NCBI GenBank assembly: GCA_964526865.1
Contig: CAZGMX010000007.1
Coordinates: 1 to 34,857 of the forward strand
Origin: an uncultured Actinomycetota bacterium
GTDB lineage: Bacteria; Auribacterota; Ancaeobacteria; Ancaeobacterales; CAZGMX01
Length of the DNA stretch: 34,857 bases
Direction of reading: 5' to 3'
In this document: positions 8,679-20,600 of the stretch, piece after piece
Layout: every line of letters begins with the position of its first letter
Position numbering within the stretch: the first letter of the stretch is position 1
Notes under the pieces: model-generated
The model's input: the letters and a program-made list of their open reading frames with translations, nothing else
Told to the model about the DNA's origin: nothing
Databases searched by the model: none
Made by a program: the position numbers and the translations under genes

Positions 8679-11600
8679 CTACTCCACAGCCGCGCTGACA
8701 CCGTTTGCATCCAGAACCCGGCGCACGCCGTCGATGGTACGCACGGAACCTAAACTATGGCTAATATCCTGATAATTTATCGCTATATTATTCCCATCTT
8801 TAGTGTATTGGGCCGCAAAGAAATTTAGTTCCCCAGGGTGGAATTTCTCGATCAGTGGGAACTTTCCAAGCAACTCCAAATGGCTATTCAAAAACTCTTC
8901 CATCCCGGCTGCGCTAGTAGGATTGGAGGCCGCCTGCGCATCCCGGGCAAACTCTCGTAACGCAACAATATCCTGTGCAGAATTAGATACATTGGTATTC
9001 AATTCTGCCCGCACCAAATTGTGCCCGGTATCCGCAAACTGCTGAAAATATCCTTGCACCTTGCCTGCGCCCGGACCAGTGGTATAAGTGGTGGTTTCCA
9101 GCATCGATATTTCCTGCCTGCTTCTAAATTCTGTGTCGTTTTGTTTGTTGCCGTTCTCCACCGCGCTATTCTGGAGGAGATGCCCGTTCACAACCTTCAA
9201 CAGTCCATTTTCCCGCGTCACCACCGCCCCCGCCTTCAAGGTAACACCGGAATACCCATTCACATTCTCCGCCACCACCGTATCCACATTGATCGTCAAA
9301 CTCTGCCCCTCCGGCAGTGTGGCCGGCGTATAGAGCGAGATATTGGCCATGTTGAGCAGATTTGTCTGCGGGTCGCGGAGATCCCCGGCGACCGTGATGG
9401 GCATCTCATTGCTTGTTTGGACGTTATACGCCTTGGGATAGCCGGTCCTGGGCGTTACAGCCCCGTTGGAAGAATTGATATCCCACACGTCTTCCACCCG
9501 CACGGCAGTGCTATCGGCCAGAGTCACGGGATACGTGAAACTGCGTCCTATGTTCGCCCCCGTCGCCCCATCATAGGTGTTGACCACGTCAAAGATTTTG
9601 GTCGTGCCGCCCGGCTGAAACACGGAATAACTTCCATCGGATAGTTTTCCGCGCGTGACATTGCCCGTCACGGGATCCGTCATCTCAATGGTCCCGGCAA
9701 CAAGATTAATCACCGGCATATTTTTGGCCTGTTTGAGAACCTCCGCAAACGCCGCCGCAACCTTCACCGGCACTCCAGCATCATATCCCGGATAGGTGGA
9801 AATCAACGCCTGCAGAGTATTTAGATCTGTTACTCCTGTGGGTTTTGTCTGCCTCGACGGAACATTCACGGTATTGAGGAATTCCTGATAGATTTTTAAG
9901 CTCACCTCATTGATTCCCTGCGCGATCGTCCTGGGATCTGTCAAATTGGCCTTTTCGAGTGACTGAATGGCGGCAGGGGCAATTCTTTGGAGGATATTCA
10001 GGCTCTGGGAAGGTTTCAATACTTGTCTCTCTACTTCTTCTTTTGCAGCAGGACCGGGTACTAGTTCCTGCCCAGGAATCACCTCTCCTCCCTTGTATTT
10101 TGCCATCGTCATGGAAGGAGGCGCCGTCACCACAGGCACCGTCTCAATCGCTGGCAGTGAATTGTCGGGAGCAAAGAGCGTCCCCAGCATTGCCGTCAAC
10201 CCGGAATTGACCACAGCGTTTGTGGCCATGGTCGGGGTGGCGATATCCGTCCCCCACGCCGTCTTCACACCCGCGTCATACTTGTCTTTCACAACCGCTG
10301 TAACCGCATCATATTCGCTCTGAATCTTTTTCTGCACCGACTCATAGGCCGCTGCGAATGTTATCCTGCCCGTATCTTTGTCAGCCTGATTCAGGGGGGC
10401 CGCAAACTCCGGCAGCTCTGTGAAACTGCGCAGGTAGCCATACTTGACCTCTGCGTCCAGCACGTCCACAAAATCCGTCCGCCCATACAGATTTGATTTA
10501 TCAATCAAGGCATTTGTGTAAGCGAATAACTTCTCGGCATGCATGTTTTTCCGGTCATACAGCCAGGGATCCTTGGCGTGCACCCCCGCCAGGACACCGG
10601 CCGCCTGCAATCTTGCATTGCTCAAATAATCCGCCCTATGGGTTTCCAATGCCGCCAGATTCTCCGTCGCCAAATCACCCGCATTAGGATCCACATAACT
10701 GCCGGGCACCAATAACTTTGCCCCTTCCAGCATCGCCTGCCGGCGTTCCGTTCTCAACTTCATGGGCTCGTTAAAATAATCCACCCCGTCTTTGTTGAGC
10801 ATTTCTACATGACTACCGTTAACCATTCCATACACCAGCTCAATGTCCGCGACACTTTCCCCTGTGTCCGGATCCGCCTGATAGGTGACAAACTTATACT
10901 TCCAATCCTTCCCATCTTCCACCCACGGCTGGCCCTCCGTCACCCACGCAAGGTCCCGGCCGGTCAGACCAACCGCCTGATCCACACCTATGTAGAATTC
11001 CCGCACGGCAAACGACACCCCATCCGTGTCGGTCCCGAATATTTCCTTCGTCTTCTTGACCCAGTCTTCCGTTGTGTATGTATAGACGCCGCCGTAATCT
11101 GGATCGCTGCTTCTACTGATACTTCGTTCCGTAACCGTCTCTCCATCCGTATCGTAATCCGTAATCGTATAAGTCCCCGCGATAGGATCATTGGCGCTCG
11201 TTTCCCGCAAGGGATACGACGGCAGCGTTGTGGTCGAAGGATAATAGTAAAAATGTGTGTCCGTCCCGTTGATCACATCCATTTTTTCTGCCAGAAGTTC
11301 AACACCATCTTTCGTCGTCCCATAATACTCCAGCGTACCTTTGTCCATATCAAGCGCCGGCCGCATCCCGTTATAAGAAGTGACCGTCTCCACAATGTTC
11401 TTTGCCTCATCTGTACTCAATTTCTGTGCGAGCAATACATTGTAGAGACTTCCGACTACCCTTCCATCATCCCGTGCATCGTTCCAGACCTTGATCGCCG
11501 TATCCACGGCCGCTATTCTTGCCCCCCACCGGATGATTTTTTCATCCAGGACAACCGCCCCTGCATCAAAATCAGGGTCGGCGAGTTTTGCGGCAATCGC

Positions 11601-14600
11601 CTTCAAGGTGGACGACAGGATGGTTGATGGGATATTTTTTGCCCCATCGATGGCCTGTATTACTTTCCCAAAATTCTCTACCGCTTGCGCTCGCGAGAGC
11701 AGCGCGGCGGCCGCTGTCGTTGGGCCAGCAGGCGTAAACACATCAAAGCAATCCGCGGATAATTTCTTCCCGCCCAAATCAACATCCGCGGCGCTCAATC
11801 CAAAATTATTCATGAGCGTCTGCGTTGTGCCGCTCGATTCCATTTCCCATGCGCGCGAACCTCCCAAAGATGACACGATGGAATCAATTTCGGCCTTGTA
11901 GAGCTCCGCTCTTTTCTGCGTGAACTTGTCTTTCCGTCCCAGCGCGTATGTGGCCAGGTCACCCGTCTCCAGTTTTAATTCGGCTTCGGCAGTTTCCATC
12001 AGTTCATAGACAGGATCCGCCGTCGCTGGAACGGCCGTATCCAGCGCTGTCATGACAGCGCTGTCCACCGCCCCCAAGAGATCCTGGCTGAGTCCCTTGA
12101 CCGATCTATAATCGGCGATATTATCAGTCAAGGCCCCCATCATGTTTTGCGTTGCCGTGACATCGCCGGCAATCTGCGCCCTGATTTCACCCGCAACTCC
12201 GTCGAACCTCGCCTCCATCGGCACAATGGCTTCAAATGTATTCACGTTGTCCAACGGACGGGACACCGCATAATCCATCTGTTCCGCCGCTGAAAGCCTT
12301 CTGGTCTCCGCCGGCATAAATCCCAATTCCGCCGTGCCGGCGGTCAGATAGGAATACTTCTTGCCCGCGTACAATATGGTGACATTGAATCCGTCAATCC
12401 AGCCGTCTTCGTCCGGCTGCGCCTGCAGCCCTGGTATAAATCGCCCGATGTAATCGGGATTGAGCGATGAATGTCGAACAAAAATATTTTCGGCAGAAAT
12501 ATTTTCCGGGCTGACCCCCATGCGCTGGGCAAAATCCGTCTTTAAATTACTCAGAAGCGCCTCGGCGCTGGGTTTCATGTCTGTTACATAGTCGTCACCC
12601 TCGCCTTCCGGCGTCGAAATCAACTCCGCAAGCGACCGCATCCATATTTGTCTCGACACGGGAAATGACGAAGCCGGGTCCAGCCTTCCCGTAATATAAT
12701 TCTGCGCCTCCTGATACGCGTTATTGAATCCGTATTTGTTATTCACCAAATCCGACTTCAGCGTGGAGAGGTTCATCTCTTTTCCGCCCACCCGCGCGGC
12801 CCAATCTGTCCCGTCCCGCTTCACAAAGTTACCCGTGCCTAGTTCCAGCCGGAACGTCACGCCGATCGGGTCGGTGGAGATCGTCAGCATCTTCTTTGTG
12901 GTGTCATATACCGCCGTGTCCCCCACCCCCGGCCCTTTAAAGTGAGCCTCCAAAATCTGCTTTATTGCTTCGGCGGGCAGATTCTGCAGGGAGTTCACAA
13001 AGGTGATGATCCCATCTGCATTGGGCGCTGTGCGCGTGCCAATCGCCGGCACTGCGCCGGTTGCCTCCAGCAGTTGTTGGGCTGCCGCGGCATCATTCAC
13101 CACGCACTCGGCGCCGTTCACAACGGCCTTCCATTTACCCGTCGCCTGGTCGAGACTCGCGTACGCGCCGCTGTCCGCATTCACCATGAATTTTGCCGTG
13201 AACTTGGTTGTGACATAATGATCAACCTCCCAACGCACTTCCTTGTCACCCGTCATCAGCATTTTCTTGGAACGATCAAATACCACGCCGCCGCCATACG
13301 TTTCTTCCGCAAGCGCTCTCTGTGTGGACGCGCTCAAACCCCCGAGAGCGTTTTGAACATTCTCCAAATCCCGATTGAAGTCAGTTGCTTTTTCAGGCGG
13401 GATCATATGGAATTCCCCTCTGCTTATTGACCTGGATTCATACGCAGATGCCATTTCTTTAACAATTCTCCACTTCATATTAGTCGTCGTAATATCTCCA
13501 CCAATCTTATAGTCCACAAACACCATCTTTGACGGATCGTAAACACCAAATGAATTGTCATCTAATATTGTGTCGTTAATCTTTCCTTCAACACCTGTGT
13601 AAATTATAATTCTGGATTTGTAGTCGCTTGAGTACGCAATGAGACCATGTTCAATGGCGCTTTCTTCATCCGAAGGATTTTGTAATATCCCATTCGTATC
13701 CCGCCTCGCGGTCGGGATATTCAACCTCACCGTGATCCCGTTTGGCATCACCCACTCAAATGTCTCTGCGTACCAACCATTTGTCGTATCAGAAGGAATA
13801 TTCCTAAACCGCCTCACCATCGTCGCTTCACCCACCACCATCTGAACAGGCGGTTCGCCGACCAGATAGTCGTAGAGGAGTTTGCGCGTCTGCCCTGAGT
13901 AATTCGTGATGATCATGTCCCGTGTCTTCACAAAGTTCCCTTCCGCGTTCTTCTTCAACACGACACAGCGGCCCATTTCGCCGTACTCCGTACCCTTCTC
14001 CAGACGATAGATCGTATCCTCCCGCGCGATTTGCGCTGTGAGACCGGTCGTCCAGGAAGAGGCTTTCAGAATGGTTTCCAATTCATCGGTCAGCACACTG
14101 CCGTTTTTCCCCGCGATACGGACACACAAGGCCTCCACTTGAGCCCACGTCATTTGGTTCACCACGGCAGGACTACCGCTCAGACCGATGACCTGCTCCA
14201 TATTATCGCTCGAGTTACGATAAAATATGTTTGCTGTCAGAATAGGGGTTCCTCCCTGACCCACTGTCTCCGTTTTCTCCACCCGGCTGGCAACCGTCTC
14301 GCCGTCGTCCTCAAAATATTCCGTGGTCTCCGTCTTCGCGACGTTGTCGATGACTGTGCGCGACTGCAGGACGCCATTGGTCTTAACCTGCATAGTCGTT
14401 ACATTACTTTCTACGACGGTCTCCCTGATCGATCCGCCGCCGAGATTTTCAAATGTAGTCCATTTGCCGCCCACCCACTTCGAATATTTACCGCTGGCCA
14501 CCTCCAGCCGGAACACCGCACCGATCGGGTCGGTGGAGATCGTCAGCATCTTCTTTGTGGTGTCATATACCGCCGTGTCCCCCACCCCCGGCCCTTTAAA

Positions 14601-17600
14601 GTGAGCCTCCAAAATCTGCTTTATTGCTTCGGCGGGCAGATTCTGCAGGGAGTTCACAAAGGTGATGATCCCATCTGCATTGGGCTCTGCGCGCGTTCCA
14701 ACGCCCCCGATGACCGCGCCGATATCGCTCATGGCCGTCAAGACCTGATCGATCGTATCCGCGGGACTGCCTGCGAGGTCGGCCAGGCTCGCGATCCCAA
14801 AATGGGCCAGCACGCCGTCCTGCACCGCTTTGGGCGCAAGCATATCCACAACCGCCTGGGGATTGCCTTGGATCGCCATGATGCTCTTTGCGGCCGCGAT
14901 ACGATCCGCCGCACTGGTCATCGCCGCCGCCTGCTGAGCGATCACGCCGGCAACCGACGCATCCACGCTCTGTTTAAGCGTGGAGGTCTCATAACGGGCG
15001 GCAATTTGATCCGTCGTATACCGCACTTCCCGCCGATCCCAGCCGCCATTCAGTGAAAAATTCAACACACTCAGCATTAATGTCTTAATATTCCCTCTGG
15101 CCGTGATCACACTGGCAGAATCTGTGGCAGTGATCCCATTCAAGGCGCTATTGATTCGTCCCAACCCTGTAGAATAGCCCGCCACAGCGGTCTGAGGAGT
15201 AGGGTTAGCTGATCCCACAGTATTAGGCGGCGGGAACAGACTTGCCGAACGATCCCTGTCCCCCATATTCAGAATGTTATCCGCAGCATTTGGATCATAA
15301 CCGCACGCTCTTAAGTACTCCATCTTCAACCCACTTTGATTGATCACTTGTGCACGATCAGAACCCAATCCCACCGCCACACGGTCGATTTCCGCCAACA
15401 ACACCTCTTTTTTCTTCGCAATAAGATTGTTCTGCTGTGAATAGACAGCTGTTGTCAGCGCCTCCGGACGCCCCGCCAACATTATCTTTGCCTTATCGGT
15501 GGCTGTCCCTGTATCCCAGGTTGGTATCGTCGGGATATTAGTGTCCGACAAAATCTGGTTGATTTCATCCAGTTTCCCCGTAATCAACTCGCCGAGACTA
15601 CCCGCCCCCTGCGAGGCCGCAGTCTTGATATATGCACAGTCCCTGTTGGGCCAGTAGAATGTTGAATATCCGGTCCCCAGAGCAACAACCTTGCTCCCGG
15701 AACCATCGCCAAGGGCCGTCTGCACTGCTGCTAACGCACTCTTGAAATTGGCCTCCAGGGAATCCCATCCCGCCGCAGTAACTGGCTGTGTCACTGTCAC
15801 GCCCAAATCGCCGGCAACAGCATCCGCAACCAGATTGAGGGCACTGCCAGCCGCCGGAGCAGTTCCTTCCGCCGGCACAGCCATGTAGTTGACCGCGTCC
15901 GAATAGGCTCTGACCAGGCTGTCTTTTCCTAACGAGAGATTGCTCACCAACCGTGTAAGATTTCTGTCGCTGACACCTACATTGTTCGGGTTCCCACGAT
16001 ATCCAAATATCCAGTCATTCCCACTCCGTTTGACGTATTCGCCGCGGGAGACATCCAGACGATAGAAAATGCCGAGGTCATTGGACAACGTGAGGGTTTT
16101 CTTGTCCGTGTTATACACCGCGGATTCTCCCGTATTTGTGCTGGCAAATTTCGCTTCCATGAGGCTCTTCACCGCCGTGTCGCTCAACTTGTAGAAATTC
16201 GGGGATGCGTTATCCCTCATGAATGCATAAATCCTTTCCACATCGGGACTGGCATAGCTTCCCCATTGGGAGACGGCATTAACGACAGAGGACATCGTTT
16301 CAAATACCTGAGTGATTTTGCTTGCCGGCTGAGAGGCCAGACTGGCCAAATCACTCACACTATAGCTGGCCAAAATATCGGCCTGCGCCGCCCGCGGAAT
16401 CCCCTTGTCCAACACCGCCTGCGCATCCCCGCCCAAAGCCAAAATACTCTTTGCCGCCCCAACGGATACGCCGGCAATATTCGATTCGGCGGATATCCGG
16501 TTGAGTTCAACGATCAAAGCGCCCGCAACCTTTGCGTGCAGTGTCGAATTTTCATAGACCGCACCCGTGCCGTGCACTGCTCCATAAGCCGGCTTTAATA
16601 CGCTTGTGTCGATAAACGCCAGCCGACTCGCGCCGCCACTCGGATCATTAGACATGAGGCTGATTTGGTATCCGGCATTATTCACCGTATTTCGAAACGC
16701 CGCAATCGCGCCATAGGGCGCTGTCCCGCCGGCCGCAGGCGCCGCGTGCTGGCCATCAAACAAATTATAAATCCCGTTTGCCGCCCGTACGACGCCTCCC
16801 ATATCCACAGCGCCGGACGGCGTTTTAATGTCCGCCAGCAGGGCATCTTTCAAACCACTGGCCGCCATCGCCGCCATCGCATTGTCCAGCCGGGTATTGA
16901 GTCCCGGGTAATGGACATTGTCCAGAACATAAACCGCTTCCTGGTTATACACAGCGGCCATCCCGGCAATAAACCTGTCCTGCTGGTCATAGACATATCC
17001 CGTCAATGTCTCCTCTCGATTTTGCGGGTAAGCAAGCGGCACAGACGCCGTGCCCTGAATTTCTGAAAGCTTTGTGCTGATCAGCGCTTTCAGGTCCGCG
17101 CTCGCGCCATCATTCACCGCAGTAAATTCTCCTATCGCTGTTACCAGTTCTGATCGCGCCTGATCAAACGCGGCCCTCTTGCCGCTGACAGGATCCGTGA
17201 TGGCATTCTGCACCGCTGTCAGAGCTGTCGCATAACCACTCTTCAAATTGGTCCACGCCGCCTCCGTCATGGGCGATGCAATATTGCCGGCCGCAACCAG
17301 CCCCTGATCAACCGCGTCCTTGATCGCCTTGGCCGCTGTGTTGGCGGCAGGTGCCGTCCCCGTCGCGGGGACACCCAGATAGGCTTCGGTATCATTACAT
17401 ACGGCTGTAAAGTCGCCGTTTTCTCGTCTGATATCGCCCGCCACCGTGCTTAGATTGCGCTCCGTACCGTTCACCCGCACCACCCAATCCGCCCCGGTCT
17501 TCTTTGCAAAGTTGCCCGTGCCGATTTCCAGCTTGAACGGCGCGCCGCTCGACTCGGCAAGAATCGTCAGTAGCCTCTTTGGGGTGTTATAAACTGCCGT

Positions 17601-20600
17601 ATAGTCGTCATTCGTAAGTGCGGCGCTCAAGATATGTGCGACCGTCGTAATTCCTGCCGCCTGCATCTGCGCAACTGCCGCAATTATTCCGTCAGCGTTG
17701 GGTGCCGCCGGCGTCCCCAACGTACCCCAGGAAATCGGTGAAACATCCAAATTCGCGACATCGATCAGATTGTCCGTTGTGCGGCTGGAGGCAACGATCG
17801 GCAGATTGGTGCTGCCGTCCGCGGCAACTGCCCTCGGATAGCCAGCGGCAGGCACCAGGGTATTTGTCCCGGTATCCAGCTCCCAGCGGTCCGTCACCGT
17901 AGCCGTGGCGCCGCCTGCCAGCGTCACGGGATAACTGAACTCCCGCACGGTGTTTTTGCCGGTGCCATCGTAGGTGTTGGCTGCGTCACATATCTTTGTC
18001 GTGCCATTCGACTGGAACATGGAATAACTTCCGTCGGTTATGTTTCCGCGGATGATATTGCCCGTCGCGCTCGTGAACTCAATGGTCCCATTGGCAAGAT
18101 TGATTGTGGGCGCCACAGTCCCCTGTGTAAGGCGCTGTGCGAACGCCGCCGCAACGGACGCGTCCATCGCCTGCGACTGGGCCGTCTCGATGGGGCTCAC
18201 GAGTTGCGTTCTATATTCATTGCCGATCGCCGAACGCACCGCTTCGATTGCCGTCCCGATCGTCTTGAAATCAAGCAACGTCGCACTCGACATCGCGGAA
18301 TTTGTCGCGCCGGCAATCCGCTCCAAGGCGGCAACACACTGGGATGGCTTGAAATATGGACTTGCACTAATGTCACGATCCGGCGGCAAAGTTCCGCTGG
18401 GCCTTACCGTGCCATTCACCGGATCATAGACCGCCGCGGTATAATAGCTGAGAGCTCCTTGCGGCAACAAATCGCCCGTGGTCCACTGATCACTCGGGAC
18501 CACAGTCCTGCCGACAAACAGCGTGCTGATGGCATCCTTCAACCCCGACCCCTGAACCGCGGCGGCATTTTCCGTACTCAGCGAAGAATATGCCGCCGTC
18601 TGCCCCGCATTGAATTTCTCGAGAATCTTGCCGGCAATGGCCGCGTGCTGTGTGCGAATCGCTTCCTGCGCGGTATCGTAGTCGTTCACCAGACCCGAGT
18701 AACTAACGGTATCTTCCTCCCCATAACTGCGGGCATACGCATTCTTTGTGGCCGCCAAATAAGTATTTAGACTCAAGCGTTCACTAGATATCGTTTTGTC
18801 CATCATGTGGTTGATATAGCCAAACATTTGGACCGCCTGAGCGCTGTTCCATGGATTATTTGCGTCGATGGCGCCCACCGCGGCCGCCACCGTGTCTCGC
18901 GCCGCCGTCACGTATCTGCTTTCGTGTCCCTCCAGCGCGCTCAAACTCTCTGCATTCAAAGCGCCCGCATCCGAGTCAACAAACAGCGTTGGACTTGTAA
19001 AACTGGCCCTGGCGTCCAGCATCGCCTGCCGGCGCTGAGTCAACATCGGCCATGCAACCTCAAAATAATTCACATTATTTTTCATGAGCCGTTGATATTG
19101 CTGACCGTTATTTTCCCCAGTGATCAGTTCAATTTCCGGAACGATTGCCCCTGTCCCCGTATCCGTCATATACGACGTGCACGTCTGAACATAGGTTCCT
19201 CCGGCCGCCACCGTTCCCTCGCTTTTAAAAGAGATGTCCAGACCGGAAAGACCTGTTGAAATACCTGTTGATTGATCCACATTGTTGTAATATTCCTTGA
19301 TCGTCATCGGCGCCGCAGAATTAGTGGACACAATAGTTTTGCTCTTATTCACCCGGTTTTCCACTGTCGATGTCCGTGCAATGGGATCTGTTATCGTCAT
19401 CGTATTGATATTGCTGGTGCTGCCGTCGTAAATTATACAAGTCGTTGTCTTGCCGTTTATCAGGTTGTACGATGCCGTCACTCTGTTTGGAGCCGCTGTT
19501 TCCCGTGTTTGCAAAACAGTAGAGTCGCCATTCCATTCCGCAGCCACCCCGCTGGGAACAAACCAGGCCGCATTAACAATCGACCGGACATATTCCTTGA
19601 CTTGCGCTTCGGGAACATTGTGGTCTTTCATTGTCAGACAAAGCTGGGCAAAAGCGCGACCATCTGTGATTAGGTTGCTATAGGCATTGTTGAGGGCACC
19701 ATTGATCGCCGTCAACGCCGCGCGATATTGATCGATCTTACTGTCCAGCGCCGTGTTACTGCTTAAATCGCCCTGTGCCTTCAACCCCTCCAGCATTGCC
19801 GTGGGCATGGCGCTCCTATAGACCGCCAACATGAGGGTAAGCGCTCTATTTGCCTCCAGCGTGAAAACATCATTTCTAACGGACACGGCCGAGGCGGCAT
19901 TCCCCGCCTGATCATAGAGGGCCGCGATCGAGCGCAGGGCCGCAACATATGTCTCTCGATTGCTACTGGATTTGAATTCCGACAATGCCTGCGTCCTTGC
20001 CTGACTAAGCGCGGCCAACGCATTCCCGCCCACGGCCAAAATGTTGCCCGCCGCGGTGATGAGATCCGTGGTCGAAGTCAGGCCGGCCACCTGCGCCTCC
20101 ATGAGTTTCGCAATGGTGCCTGTCGTGCAATTTTTCATTTCCGATGTGTCGTAATCTGCCGCGGTTCCCAGCGCGAGATCTAATTCTGCATCCAACTGCG
20201 CCACTGCAGCCACTGTCGAATTGGGCGTTGCCGCGTTCACACCTCCCAGAACCACCTGCGCCCTGGCCAGCACCAACTTGAGTGCGTCGATTTTTGCGAT
20301 TGGATGAGGGAAGGTCGAATCATTGCCCATGTTCACCTGGGTTGCATTCATCTCAAAGTCGTCTATAATCGCCTGTTTGAGGCCGCTGGACTCAATCGCC
20401 CCGGCAGATGGCTGACCCAGACTGGTCACAGCAAGATTGATATTCTGCTGATAGATATTTTCTTTTGCCGGAACAATCCGCGCTGCATACTGCTGTTGGG
20501 CGTAATTTGTGAGCCCCGCAATCGCGCTCGATAGAGACGTCTCCACGGCGTTCTGAGCTGGATTGAGAATGAGAGCCCCCGAAGCCGGCACTTTCGAATC

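Noticed and set aside
8679-8681. Confident claim that the TAG encodes pyrrolysine or reflects an alternative genetic code.
   Set aside because: Only one stop codon exists in the whole window, so stop-codon usage cannot be assessed. No pyl genes or tRNAs are present in the window. The idea is kept only as one hypothesis under the in-frame-stop finding.
8640-8690. Rho-independent terminator or promoter between ORF1 and ORF2.
   Set aside because: The spacer is only 30 nt, with no GC-rich hairpin followed by a T-tract and no recognisable -35/-10 pair. The ORFs are most simply co-transcribed.
12862-14685. The two identical 165-bp repeats as a CRISPR array, IS element ends or MITE.
   Set aside because: There are only two copies, in direct orientation, 1,659 bp apart and in frame within a CDS. 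They encode a conserved protein module. There is no transposase, no inverted termini and no spacer-repeat periodicity.
14031-15056. Longest plus-strand ORFs in the track: 14031..15056 (341 aa), 7593..8513 (306 aa), 10809..11627 (272 aa), 27339..28022 (227 aa).
   Set aside because: All lie fully antisense to the giant minus-strand ORFs. They are Arg/His/Cys/Pro-rich with no recognisable motifs, as expected for shadow frames opposite Ala/Thr/Gly/Val-rich coding sequence. Treated as non-coding.
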